Translations under genes and position numbers: made by a program
Sequence record: KT895374.1
Strand: one strand, 5' to 3'
DNA: 64,000 nt
Part shown: piece after piece, positions 29,848-39,778 of the stretch
How the letters are laid out: the number at the start of each line of letters is the position of its first letter
Position numbering within the stretch: position 1 is the first letter of the stretch
The notes under the pieces: generated by a model
Told to the model about the DNA's origin: nothing
The model's database searches: none
What the model saw: only the letters and a program-made list of their open reading frames with translations

Positions 29848-31025
29848 AAATATAGATTCATTTGAACTCCACCTTGCCCATTACTACCAAAATTAAGAGA
29901 AGAGACTGCTTTCATTAAACTATAATTGCCATCATATTCTTTATAGTTATCATTATAAAATTTTAATAAGAAATTGTTAATTGGGTTTATACTATTGATA
30001 TCTAAACCATCAACAGTTAATACAATATAAAAATCTTCATTTAATTTATTTGTTAATTCTTTTTCTTTTAATTCATTCTGATATTTATGATAATAGACTT
30101 TTGTTCTATATTTATCATCACCATAAAAATTTTTATTAAGTTTATTATCTGATTGAGAAATAATTAGATTTTCTGTTCCTAAAAATTCTTTACGGGAATC
30201 CTCATAACTAATTACTCTTAAACTAGATATATGTGAATTCACATTAAAAGTTCCGTCTTGATCCCTTTCAACTTCAATTAGTTCAGAGGAATCATTATCA
30301 TCTGAAAATATATTTATGAAGACATTTTCAGAGTATTCTTTTAATATCTCTTTATCCTTTATTAAGTGTTTATTAGTTATATAGTATCTGTTAATATCAA
30401 AAAATACTCTAATTCCACTGCTATAAATACCATATACTTCATTTAGATACTTTATAGCTAAAATTGGATTAAGCGGTGGAATGATTATTTGATCATAAAT
30501 CTTATTATTTTCAGGATACTCTATTATTAGATCTCTATCAGAAAAATATTTAGATATATAAGATATCATAGAATACATATCTGTTTCACTACCGACAGTA
30601 TTAATTAATTTCTTATTATTCTTTAATTCATCTTCTCCTATTAAAATAAATGAATTACTTAAAATTGGTAGTTCCTCATTACTAATATTATCGTTAGATG
30701 ATTCAGGTTTATTTATTAGATTTTTATTTCTATCAATAGGAGTAAATATTTTATTCTTAATAAAATAACTATATACAGTTCTAGAGTTATTAGCTAATAA
30801 TCGCTGTTCATATTTTTTTATAGTTAATGAAAATTTAACATTGCTACTGCTCTGAATATCATAATAACTATCAAAATCTAACTTAGTATACAATCGGATC
30901 ATAGGAAAAACTGCATTATCATACTCATTAATTATCTCAAACTTATTAATCATATTATCTAAAATAATTGGTTCTTTTTTATCCATTAAGACTTTACATT
31001 CTATTGAATATGATATATTTGCCAT
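29832..31025 (-). CDS. Hypothetical, possible baseplate-hub-like virion protein
   Basis: Start reassigned to MANISY with SD AGGAAGG; beta-rich sequence. Confidence 0.5.
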   Translation of the reverse strand: MANISYSIECKVLMDKKEPIILDNMINKFEIINEYDNAVFPMIRLYTKLDFDSYYDIQSSSNVKFSLTIKKYEQRLLANNSRTVYSYFIKNKIFTPIDRNKNLINKPESSNDNISNEELPILSNSFILIGEDELKNNKKLINTVGSETDMYSMISYISKYFSDRDLIIEYPENNKIYDQIIIPPLNPILAIKYLNEVYGIYSSGIRVFFDINRYYITNKHLIKDKEILKEYSENVFINIFSDDNDSSELIEVERDQDGTFNVNSHISSLRVISYEDSRKEFLGTENLIISQSDNKLNKNFYGDDKYRTKVYYHKYQNELKEKELTNKLNEDFYIVLTVDGLDINSINPINNFLLKFYNDNYKEYDGNYSLMKAVSSLNFGSNGQGGVQMNLYLKRKA

Positions 31026-31071
31026 ATTATCATTCCTTCCTAAAAAAAAAATAATCATCTCATTGAGATGA

Positions 31072-32205
31072 TTATTCGTACTTCTCTCCCTCAAATAATT
31101 CTTGTAGAAGAATTGGATACCTTGTGAAATACTGATCAACAACATATCTAACTGATTTGACATCAACTCTTTCTACTATTTGATCTTTAATCTTAATAAT
31201 TTCATTCTTTTTAAAGTTATAATTATCATGGTTTAATATATTTAAATTTTTTTCTAATTGAATCATTTCTTCATCATTTAATTTTTTTCCCAGATCCGTA
31301 TATTCACTTACTTTTGAAGTTTTATATTTCATATTACTAATTAATTGTTCGTCCAGAGCTTTTTGAAGAAATTTTAAAGCTTTTACATTTCCCATTTTTT
31401 TAATTCCATTAGTTGAAAAGTTTTTATAACCTGTTAGACCAATTAATAGAGAATACAAATCTGGTAGAAGTGTAAAATCAGATGATACACTTTTAGTTTT
31501 CTCTAATAGGTTATCTATAATGTCATCAGACATTACAAATTTACTTTTTTCCGAACCTCTTAATTCCAATTGAAGCATATTGTCTCTAATTAATAAGTCT
31601 TGATAGTGTATTTTCTCATTAGAAACAATAATACTAAAATTATTAATATCAATAGCATCCTGTTTTAAGGGAGAATCATCTGATAAAAATAAATATGGTA
31701 CTAAAGAATGATCAACGGTTCTACTATTAATTACATGTACATTTGGAACATATTGTAAGAAGTTTTCAATTAGTTTAAAGTTATTATTAATAATAGAACT
31801 CATTTTTCCAAATACAGGATTATTCAAGTCTAATCTTTTTTCATAAAAATCTTCTCGGTATGATGGATTTTCTGAAATCATATCAGGATCTTTTTCATTT
31901 GAATAATAGAGAATAAAATTAGTATAAACTTTTTTTCTTGATGCAAAGAAATGTCTATAATGAGCTACCATATTTATAATCTCGGTAGAAATTATAAATT
32001 TTTCATGTGATTTGAAAGTACCTAATACTTCTAAAGTTTTTGGACTATAAATCTGTTTTACAACATCCCATAAGTCAATAAAAATATTCACAGTGTCAAA
32101 TTTTTTAATAGGTATATATTGGTCTACCATTGGTAACAGTCTATCATATCTTATCTTTTTAGAATGTAAAATCTTTTCAATCTGTAGCAAAATTTCTTCC
32201 CCCAA
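31072..32205 (-). CDS. 5'-3' exonuclease / flap endonuclease-like protein
   Basis: N-terminal NIFIDLW, H3TH-like TGYKNFSTNGIKKMGNVKALKFL; some acidic residues appear divergent. Confidence 0.6.
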   Translation of the reverse strand: MGEEILLQIEKILHSKKIRYDRLLPMVDQYIPIKKFDTVNIFIDLWDVVKQIYSPKTLEVLGTFKSHEKFIISTEIINMVAHYRHFFASRKKVYTNFILYYSNEKDPDMISENPSYREDFYEKRLDLNNPVFGKMSSIINNNFKLIENFLQYVPNVHVINSRTVDHSLVPYLFLSDDSPLKQDAIDINNFSIIVSNEKIHYQDLLIRDNMLQLELRGSEKSKFVMSDDIIDNLLEKTKSVSSDFTLLPDLYSLLIGLTGYKNFSTNGIKKMGNVKALKFLQKALDEQLISNMKYKTSKVSEYTDLGKKLNDEEMIQLEKNLNILNHDNYNFKKNEIIKIKDQIVERVDVKSVRYVVDQYFTRYPILLQELFEGEKYE

Positions 32206-32242
32206 TAGTTATATATTTATTATGTAAATAATATATGTTTAT

Positions 32243-32722
32243 TTAAATCTTTAACAGTATAACTCCGTTATCCTCTAAAAATCTCTTCACTGTTCTAAAA
32301 TCATCATATTCATTTCTATAAACTATTTTTTCTACTCCAAAGGATACTAATGCTTTAGCACAATTAAAGCATGGTGACATTGTTACATAAGCTGTAGATT
32401 TAGAAACACTAACGCCAATCTTATTAGCTTTTGATAGTGCATTCATTTCTGCATGAATTTCATTTATTAATGACCACTCATGATGTTCATTCTTATTCTT
32501 ACTAGCAATAAATTCTCCAGTAGAATCATCCTTAACAAACCATACCCCAGCAACTTTATTAAATTTATCATTACAATTTAATTTTCCTGGCAGAGTACCA
32601 TTAATTCCAATAGAAAGTATATTATTATCTCTTACTAAAATACACCCTACTTGTTTTGCTGAACACTTTGAATGTTTTGCTGATATTTCTGCCATTTCTA
32701 AATAACTCTTATCCCAATTCAT
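32243..32722 (-). CDS. dCMP deaminase
   Basis: HAEMNAL and PCFNCAK zinc motifs; SKCSAKQVGCILV. Confidence 0.92.
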   Translation of the reverse strand: MNWDKSYLEMAEISAKHSKCSAKQVGCILVRDNNILSIGINGTLPGKLNCNDKFNKVAGVWFVKDDSTGEFIASKNKNEHHEWSLINEIHAEMNALSKANKIGVSVSKSTAYVTMSPCFNCAKALVSFGVEKIVYRNEYDDFRTVKRFLEDNGVILLKI

Positions 32723-32785
32723 TAATAACCATTCCTTTATAATACAGGAAACTAGGTTGGTTATCCCTAGTTTCCTGCTTTTTAT

Positions 32786-33793
32786 TTAAGGTAAAATAGA
32801 TTCTTTTAATTGATCAAAATCAAAATCGTCATCTGTTAGAGGTGTAACATTTACTGCTTTCTTATATCCATTACCTTTAGCAGAGAAGAAATCATGATTT
32901 TTCACACTAGTATTTAATCCTGCTTCTACTACTGGATTAATTTCTACATCTTCATAAAGATGATCAAGACCTAAGTTGTCATTAGCTTTATTGGCATTAT
33001 ATTTTAGAAAGTCATTAACCTCTCCAGTTAATCCAATTTCACTATATACATCTTTAGTATATTTAATTTCATTTTCCATTAGATCTTCCATTAATTCTTT
33101 AGAGAAAGAATTCATTTCTAATTTTTCTTCTTCATTAAATTCTTCATATAATTCTTGAGCAAGCATTCCAATGAATTGTCCGTGAACTGATTCATCCCGA
33201 ATAATTAGGTTAATAATCTCACCACTTGCTTTCATTAGACCTTGACCTGCTAGATATAATGGATAGAAGAATCCTGAATAGAATAAGAAACTCTCTAAAT
33301 AAACACTACCTACCAGTGCTTTATATAATTCTTTTTTAGTCACTTCTGGTTTAAATAGACCTTCATATAAAGCTGTAATTCTTTCAGCTTTGTACTGAAG
33401 ATGTTTATTACTTTCAATCCATTTAAAAATTTCTTCAATTTCAACACTAGAACAAATTGTCATGAAGATTTTTGAATAAGATTTAGCATGTTCACTTTCC
33501 ATAAAAGAACTAACATTCAATGTAGCACTTCTAATTGGATCTTTCATATAGTGTAGAACTAATAAAGGTAGTCCTACAGTGGACTGTTTAGTATCCAATA
33601 ATGTCAATCCACTTAGAGCTTTACTGTAGGTACTCTTGACAGGTTTGTCAAGAGTCTCCCATACTGAAATGTCTTCAGATACATCAATTTCATCTGATAG
33701 CCAGATATTTGATGTGTTAATTTTATAGAATTGATCGGAATATCCATCCTTTGGAGTATTCCAGTTTGCCGCTTTATGAATTCTCTTCACCAT
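32786..33793 (-). CDS. nrdF: Ribonucleotide reductase class Ib beta subunit
   Basis: LTLLDT, MESEHAKSYS, LESFLFYSGF, RDESVHG ligands intact. Confidence 0.95.
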   Translation of the reverse strand: MVKRIHKAANWNTPKDGYSDQFYKINTSNIWLSDEIDVSEDISVWETLDKPVKSTYSKALSGLTLLDTKQSTVGLPLLVLHYMKDPIRSATLNVSSFMESEHAKSYSKIFMTICSSVEIEEIFKWIESNKHLQYKAERITALYEGLFKPEVTKKELYKALVGSVYLESFLFYSGFFYPLYLAGQGLMKASGEIINLIIRDESVHGQFIGMLAQELYEEFNEEEKLEMNSFSKELMEDLMENEIKYTKDVYSEIGLTGEVNDFLKYNANKANDNLGLDHLYEDVEINPVVEAGLNTSVKNHDFFSAKGNGYKKAVNVTPLTDDDFDFDQLKESILP

Positions 33794-33823
33794 TTATAAT
33801 AATCCCCTAATCTCTCTATATTT

Positions 33824-35908
33824 TTAAAGTGCACAAGATAAGCATTCAGAATCACTATTTCTTACATAATACGTACTCTTTAGTCCTCTATGATGAGCAT
33901 AAACTAATAATCTGACTAATTCATTAGAAGGAATCTCTTCACGAACAAATAAAGGCATTGAGATACCTTGATCAATGTGTTCCTGAATAACAGCAATCAT
34001 ATCAATTAGTTTGTATTGATCCATATCATAAGCTGAAATATAACTCCATTGTGTTCTTTTATCAAGGAAAGGCATTGGATAGTAAGTGCTAGCTTTACCA
34101 TCTAATCTTTCTTCAATTTTATCTGGAACAGGTAAAACGCTTGGAGTAGAATTTTGAACATAACTGATTGATTGTGTAGGTGCAATACATAATCTATATG
34201 AATTATATAAACCATATTTCATTACTTGTTCTTTAAGTTTAGACCACTCAATAGTGCTAGGAACTTTAATTCCTTCAAAAAGAGTTTTTACTTTTTCTGT
34301 TTTGGGTAAATAATTATTTACAAGGTATTTATCAAAATAATTCCCATTAGCATATTCCGATTCCTCAAACTTATGGAATGTACTATTTTTCTCTTTGGCA
34401 ATTAACATGGATTTTTCTAAGCTGTAGAAATTCATCATCATAAAGAATACATTAGCAAAATCTCTTGCCTCTACACTATGATATTGAATATTATTCTTAG
34501 CTAAATATCCATGCAAATTCATTGCACCTAATCCAATTGATCTAAATTTTTCGTTAGCATGTTTGACAGCAGGGGCATTTTTAATATCACTTAGATCAGA
34601 AACATTAGAAAGAAGTTTAATAGCTGTATGAACAGATTCTTTAATCTTTTTAGTTTCCATTACGTTTACAATATTTAAAGAACCTAGATTACAACTAATA
34701 GCAAAGTTGATTACATCTTCTTCACCATAATCAGTAATTTCAGATACAGAACTTAATTGCATAACTTCAGTACAAAGGTTAGAGAATTTAACTTTCCCAA
34801 TATTCTTTAATGCATGATTTTTGTTTGCAGTTGATTCAAACATTAAGTAAGGATATCCTGATTCTTTTTGTACTTTTGTAACATGCGTTAATAGTTTTCT
34901 AGCGTTTAAAGGTGATTTAATTTTCTTTAGATTTTCATTAGCTACCATGTTTCTATATTCTTTGTCAAAATCAACATCGCTCATTTTAATACCATATTCT
35001 TTTTCAATTTCATATGGTGAGAATAAATATAAATCTTCATTATTCTTAGCAAGCTCCATGAAGATATCAGGAATAACTAAACCAATGGATAGTTTTCTAA
35101 CTCTAGAAGAATCATCTGCATTGATTTTCTTACTATCTAGAAATCTAATTACATCACCATGAAAAATGTGTAGATATCCTGCGCCTGCACCCTCACGTTG
35201 ACCTTTTTGATCAGCATAGTTAAATGCACTATCCAACAATCTAGCAACAGGCACTACACCTTTAGCCGCATTATCTTCGCCATCAATTGGATCATTTAAC
35301 ATTCTAAGGTTAGATAAGTTAATAGAAACTCCCCCACCAATTTTAGATAGTTGAGTAGATTGGGAGAAAATATGGTTAATAGAGTTTAAACTGTCATCTA
35401 CTTCATCTAGGAAGCAAGAAACTAATTCTCCACGTTTAGCTCTACCTGCATTTAAGAAAGTAGGAGTGGCAGGTTGAACACGTTGTTCAATCATTGAGAT
35501 GGCAAGTTCTTTTGCAAAATCAAAATCGCCTTCAGCAATAAATAATGATACAATAATAATTCGATCTTGATACCGTTCAAGGTAGTATTTTTTATCACCA
35601 GTTCTTAGAGCATAAGATTTATAAAATTTAGATACTGCCATAAATGATTGGAAGGTAAATTTATGTCCATAAATAATTTTTTCTAATTCTTCAATTTGAT
35701 CTAAAGTATATTCATTATATACATTATAGTAATAACCTTTGTTGATTAAGAAATTAAAACGATCTTCAGTTGTTTCAAATTTAATTAGCTTTGAATTTAC
35801 TTCTTCTTCAAATAAATCTCTAGCTTCTAAATCTTTACCTAATTGCCAGAAACCGTCTTCTCCCTTTTTCATAATCTCTTTATTTAGTTTTAGATAATCC
35901 TTAATCAT
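33824..35908 (-). CDS. nrdE: Ribonucleotide reductase class Ib alpha subunit
   Basis: QPATPTFLNAG, LVSCFL, SNLCTE, ISCNLGS, APTQSISY, C-terminal CLSC; no intein or intron seen. Confidence 0.96.
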   Translation of the reverse strand: MIKDYLKLNKEIMKKGEDGFWQLGKDLEARDLFEEEVNSKLIKFETTEDRFNFLINKGYYYNVYNEYTLDQIEELEKIIYGHKFTFQSFMAVSKFYKSYALRTGDKKYYLERYQDRIIIVSLFIAEGDFDFAKELAISMIEQRVQPATPTFLNAGRAKRGELVSCFLDEVDDSLNSINHIFSQSTQLSKIGGGVSINLSNLRMLNDPIDGEDNAAKGVVPVARLLDSAFNYADQKGQREGAGAGYLHIFHGDVIRFLDSKKINADDSSRVRKLSIGLVIPDIFMELAKNNEDLYLFSPYEIEKEYGIKMSDVDFDKEYRNMVANENLKKIKSPLNARKLLTHVTKVQKESGYPYLMFESTANKNHALKNIGKVKFSNLCTEVMQLSSVSEITDYGEEDVINFAISCNLGSLNIVNVMETKKIKESVHTAIKLLSNVSDLSDIKNAPAVKHANEKFRSIGLGAMNLHGYLAKNNIQYHSVEARDFANVFFMMMNFYSLEKSMLIAKEKNSTFHKFEESEYANGNYFDKYLVNNYLPKTEKVKTLFEGIKVPSTIEWSKLKEQVMKYGLYNSYRLCIAPTQSISYVQNSTPSVLPVPDKIEERLDGKASTYYPMPFLDKRTQWSYISAYDMDQYKLIDMIAVIQEHIDQGISMPLFVREEIPSNELVRLLVYAHHRGLKSTYYVRNSDSECLSCAL

Positions 35909-36275
35909 TTAATCTTGCCACCCTTTCAAGAAATGTTTCTCTGTCTTTTTTTGTTCCTCTTTTTTCAAACTTAAGTAATACTTTTACTTTATATAAGTCG
36001 CTAATAATGTCTGCACATTTAGCGAAATTATCAATACCCCAATTTCTATCACCACTAGCCGCTACACCCATCAAGTTCTTATGATTTTTTTCTAAGAATT
36101 TTAGAGTAGTTTCTGGTGGAACACCATTACCTTTACCACTAATTGATGTGGTATAGGTCACTAAAACAAAAGGTTCATCAATTAATAGATCTTTGTCCAA
36201 CTTAACCGCTGGAACATTTAAATCCTTTAAAAAATTTCTCGTATTACCAGTTCTCGTATCAAATACAAAAACCAT
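35901..36275 (-). CDS. nrdI: Flavodoxin NrdI
   Basis: FDTRTGNTRNF, GVAASGDRNWG, LLKFEKRGT. Confidence 0.93.
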   Translation of the reverse strand: MVFVFDTRTGNTRNFLKDLNVPAVKLDKDLLIDEPFVLVTYTTSISGKGNGVPPETTLKFLEKNHKNLMGVAASGDRNWGIDNFAKCADIISDLYKVKVLLKFEKRGTKKDRETFLERVARLND

Positions 36276-36294
36276 AAAAGATCACCTCTCCATG

Positions 36295-37329
36295 CTATAG
36301 TTCTATTGCATTAGAGGGTAATATTCTATTCTTGGTTACTCCAAAATCTTTTTCATTATCATAAGTATTATAGAAGATTTTTAAACCATTAAAGTAAGCT
36401 AAATTATTATTTTTAACAACTGATTCGAATCTTTTAATATTATTATCGTTATCAGAGTAAATTTCAATATCTACATTTAATAGAGATATTGAAGATAAAT
36501 AATTTAGTAATACTAAAAAGCTTCTTCCATTACTTGCCATGAAAATTGGATTAGTGTCTCTGTCATAAACATGAAAGAAGACCCCAAGCAAATCTATTAC
36601 CCCTTCTGTCAAGATAATTTTATGTTTCGATTCTGCCAAATTGATTTTTTTCTTAATAGAATAGAATTTTTTCGAATCTAAGATTTTGGGATAAATTGGA
36701 AAATTGTAATATCTAAAACCAGTCTTATCAGGATTAAGACTTCTAAAATTGATAACTGTTTGATCGGTAGATAAGAATCCTACACATTCGTCATTAAGTT
36801 TATTTAGCAGTTTTCTATAGAAGCTAGTATTATAATCTTTTAAGTTTATTTCATTTTTAGTTACAAAATCTTCAAAGTTTAATATAATTTTAAATCTATC
36901 AATATCATTTTCTTCAAAATTAATACCTAGTCTATTTTCTAAATATTTAAGTCTTAATGATTCTTCATTTTTTAAATTTTTTGATTTAAAATTAAGTTCT
37001 CTTGTGTTTAAATCTTTTAAGCTAGTTCCATAAACATATTGAATATTTTTCTGATATTCAATAAAAACTTCTCTTAATTTTAGGTCAATACCTGCATCAC
37101 CAATTTTTAATATGGATAAAAGTTTAGTTGAAAATATTCCACTACTTTCACACTTTTGACAAAAATATTTAAATGGTGATTTATTTTCAATATAAAAGTG
37201 ACCTTTGTTTTTATTCTTTGTACTATCTCCACAAAAAGGACATCGAATAATAGTTTCATCTTTCCTATTAGTTAAAGCACAAAATGATAACTTTGCTTTT
37301 AGGTAATTATAAAGAAAAAAATTATCCAT
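36295..37329 (-). CDS. DNA primase
   Basis: CPFCGD..HFY..CQKC zinc domain; TOPRIM ILTEGVIDL and IYSDND. Confidence 0.85.
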   Translation of the reverse strand: MDNFFLYNYLKAKLSFCALTNRKDETIIRCPFCGDSTKNKNKGHFYIENKSPFKYFCQKCESSGIFSTKLLSILKIGDAGIDLKLREVFIEYQKNIQYVYGTSLKDLNTRELNFKSKNLKNEESLRLKYLENRLGINFEENDIDRFKIILNFEDFVTKNEINLKDYNTSFYRKLLNKLNDECVGFLSTDQTVINFRSLNPDKTGFRYYNFPIYPKILDSKKFYSIKKKINLAESKHKIILTEGVIDLLGVFFHVYDRDTNPIFMASNGRSFLVLLNYLSSISLLNVDIEIYSDNDNNIKRFESVVKNNNLAYFNGLKIFYNTYDNEKDFGVTKNRILPSNAIEL

Positions 37330-37455
37330 ACTATTAACATTCCTCTTTCAAATATAAAGTATTACTATGTTAGATATTATTTTTTAAATAAATAAAAATG
37401 TAATTGCAGATTCTGCAATTACATCTAGTTTGAAATTTGTTTTCAGTCATTTTAA

Positions 37456-38850
37456 TTAAGGTAGAAAAAGTAAATCAAGTAATTCTTCTGCAAGTAAATC
37501 TAATGGAATTTCAATTTCTCTTTCTTCTTTATCAATGAATTTATAGTTTCTAATAGACATTAATGCTAGAATAGAATTATTTTTATCTAATAAGCTTTCT
37601 ACTGGTTTGTAATCCTTCAAAAGATCACTATATTTTTCAGACATTACCACACGTTCTACAAGTTTTCTCTTATTTGTTATTTTCTTTACATTTGAAGCCA
37701 CATTTGATTTAAGTATTTTTGGTAAAATAGAAAAGTTCATACTCTCTAAATCTTTAACCATTCCGTAAATTAAATAGAAGATATCCTCTTTTTTAGAACC
37801 AATTTTTAGTTTATTAGAATAATAGATTCTAGCTAAATGTGTTTGGACGGAGTTTAAATCTCTACCATCAACAAATTCCATTATATCTTTTTTCTTAAGG
37901 TTATATTTTTTCTTAATCTTCTGAATCTCTTGTCTGATTGTACATTCATTGATAATAATAGATCCTTCATCACTTCTTAGTAGATTAATTTCTAATTTTT
38001 CTTGTTCTGATAAATCTCCATCATCTTCAGTATCAGCTCTAAGAGGTTTATAATTAGTTTTATAATCATACTTAAACATAAATTCAATTCTATTTTTTAA
38101 TACGGAATCAAGGAAAGAGATGAATGAACTATTATGTTTGATTTTAGGCATAATTTTCTTTATAATATGGTTGAAATTTTGTTTAACAATAATAGTTGGA
38201 TCTTTAGACATATTTTTAATATAACCCCAAATTACCTGATCCGAATATTTTGTTCGTGATACCCTACTATAGATAATCTTATATAATTTATTTGTAGCCG
38301 CTTCTTTTCTATCAGAAACATCAAAAAGTCTTAAGATCTCTTCAAATAAATCAGTCATCATAGCTTCTAGGGCATCATCATTGCCTTCATAATCACATAG
38401 TACTGGAATTAGTGCTCTCATAAGAATAGATGATTTAAGAAATACTTTATTTAATTCATCAGTAATCTGTAATTCAATATTAATTTTCTTACTGTTACTA
38501 ACTTCATTAAGATTTAAAGTATATTCATCTTCAACAATCTTAGAGATAGTTTCTTTAAGCTTCTCATCATTCAGGAATAATCTTTCAATATCTTTATAGA
38601 AATCCATATAATTGTACGATTCTCTATTTATTGACAAATTATATTTGATTTCTAATAGTGAAAATGCGAATTCGTCATAATTATTAATGATCAAATTTAA
38701 ATCTTCACTAATTAAATCTAGTAGACCATAATAAGCTCTTTTATTAATAATGAAGACATTCATATGAGAAATATCTTCTCTTTCAAAGATCTTATCAAAC
38801 GCAACGTTGATTCTTCGAGTTTTTTCATCATAACCTACTAAGTTTTTCAA
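37456..38850 (-). CDS. Sigma-like promoter-specificity subunit of non-virion RNAP (AR9 gp226 homologue)
   Basis: INVAFDKIFEREDISHMN, KKINIELQITD, NKLYKIIYSRV, TKYSDQVIW, IINECTIRQEI closely match the recalled AR9 gp226 sequence; start reassigned to TTG after SD GGGGG; synteny with the chaperonin. Confidence 0.85.
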   Translation of the reverse strand: MKNLVGYDEKTRRINVAFDKIFEREDISHMNVFIINKRAYYGLLDLISEDLNLIINNYDEFAFSLLEIKYNLSINRESYNYMDFYKDIERLFLNDEKLKETISKIVEDEYTLNLNEVSNSKKINIELQITDELNKVFLKSSILMRALIPVLCDYEGNDDALEAMMTDLFEEILRLFDVSDRKEAATNKLYKIIYSRVSRTKYSDQVIWGYIKNMSKDPTIIVKQNFNHIIKKIMPKIKHNSSFISFLDSVLKNRIEFMFKYDYKTNYKPLRADTEDDGDLSEQEKLEINLLRSDEGSIIINECTIRQEIQKIKKKYNLKKKDIMEFVDGRDLNSVQTHLARIYYSNKLKIGSKKEDIFYLIYGMVKDLESMNFSILPKILKSNVASNVKKITNKRKLVERVVMSEKYSDLLKDYKPVESLLDKNNSILALMSIRNYKFIDKEEREIEIPLDLLAEELLDLLFLP

Positions 38851-38934
38851 TTTTAGTTTTCCCCCATTTACCTGAACTTTCATATTAAAACTGAAAACAA
38901 ATTTCACTATTATAATATATATTTAATAATCATA

Positions 38935-39699
38935 TCATCCTTTCTTTTTATTTACTTTCATATTGTGTTTCATATCACGTTTTCCTAGAGATTTTTTATT
39001 CTGAGATGTCCGTCCTTTTTGAATTTCTCTATCTCCATTATAACTATTTTTAGTCTTTTTTGCAACTGTTTTTTGAGTTTTTCTTTTGGAAACTTGATTA
39101 TTTTTAATTCTATTATATTCCTTCATTTTATCATCTGAAGAGCTTATGGATTTTAATAATTCCTTCTTTTTTAATGGTTTTGATTTGCTCATAATATTTG
39201 ATTTAACATGAAGTTTAAAGTGTTTAATAAATAACATAGCAAAATAAACACTTTTTTCAAAACCATATGATTGTAAGGGGTTTTTCTTTTCAGGAGGATC
39301 ATTTAAAGCCTTATCATTAATCTTATCTTTCAAAAAGTCAATTATAATTTTATCTTGATTATAAACATAAGTATAAGAAAAAATAAAGTTAGGAGAATTA
39401 CTAAATAATCTTAAATTATAATTATTTAGTGTAAAGTCATTACTAGATAATTCAGAAGCAGGGGAAAATTCTAAAACTACATCATATTTTAATTTATTAT
39501 ATTTTTCTGATGGAAACTTAATAAAGAAATAGTAAGAGTCATCTTTATCATAAATTTCATAATCTATCTTAGGGTGCTTCTTAATAATTTTAAAAAAACG
39601 ATCAGTTAAGTTATCTATGATTAAATCTCTTCTAGAAAAATAAGCGGTATTTGGTCCAGAGGGATTCTTTAGTAATTGATTCATTGTTACTTTTTTCAT
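38935..39699 (-). CDS. Hypothetical protein with basic C-terminal tail
   Basis: 254 aa, SD present. Confidence 0.75.
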   Translation of the reverse strand: MKKVTMNQLLKNPSGPNTAYFSRRDLIIDNLTDRFFKIIKKHPKIDYEIYDKDDSYYFFIKFPSEKYNKLKYDVVLEFSPASELSSNDFTLNNYNLRLFSNSPNFIFSYTYVYNQDKIIIDFLKDKINDKALNDPPEKKNPLQSYGFEKSVYFAMLFIKHFKLHVKSNIMSKSKPLKKKELLKSISSSDDKMKEYNRIKNNQVSKRKTQKTVAKKTKNSYNGDREIQKGRTSQNKKSLGKRDMKHNMKVNKKKG

Positions 39700-39778
39700 A
39701 TTAATTCCCCTTTTATATTTATATAAGAAAACCAGACATTATAGATAAAAATCTAATAATGTCTGGTATTTAATTTAA

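Noticed and set aside
32786-33793. Possible metal-free class Ie NrdF
   Set aside because: All canonical Asp/Glu/His metal ligands are present.
33824-35908. Intein or intron in nrdE, a common insertion target
   Set aside because: Normal length and contiguous motifs; no group I core sequence seen.
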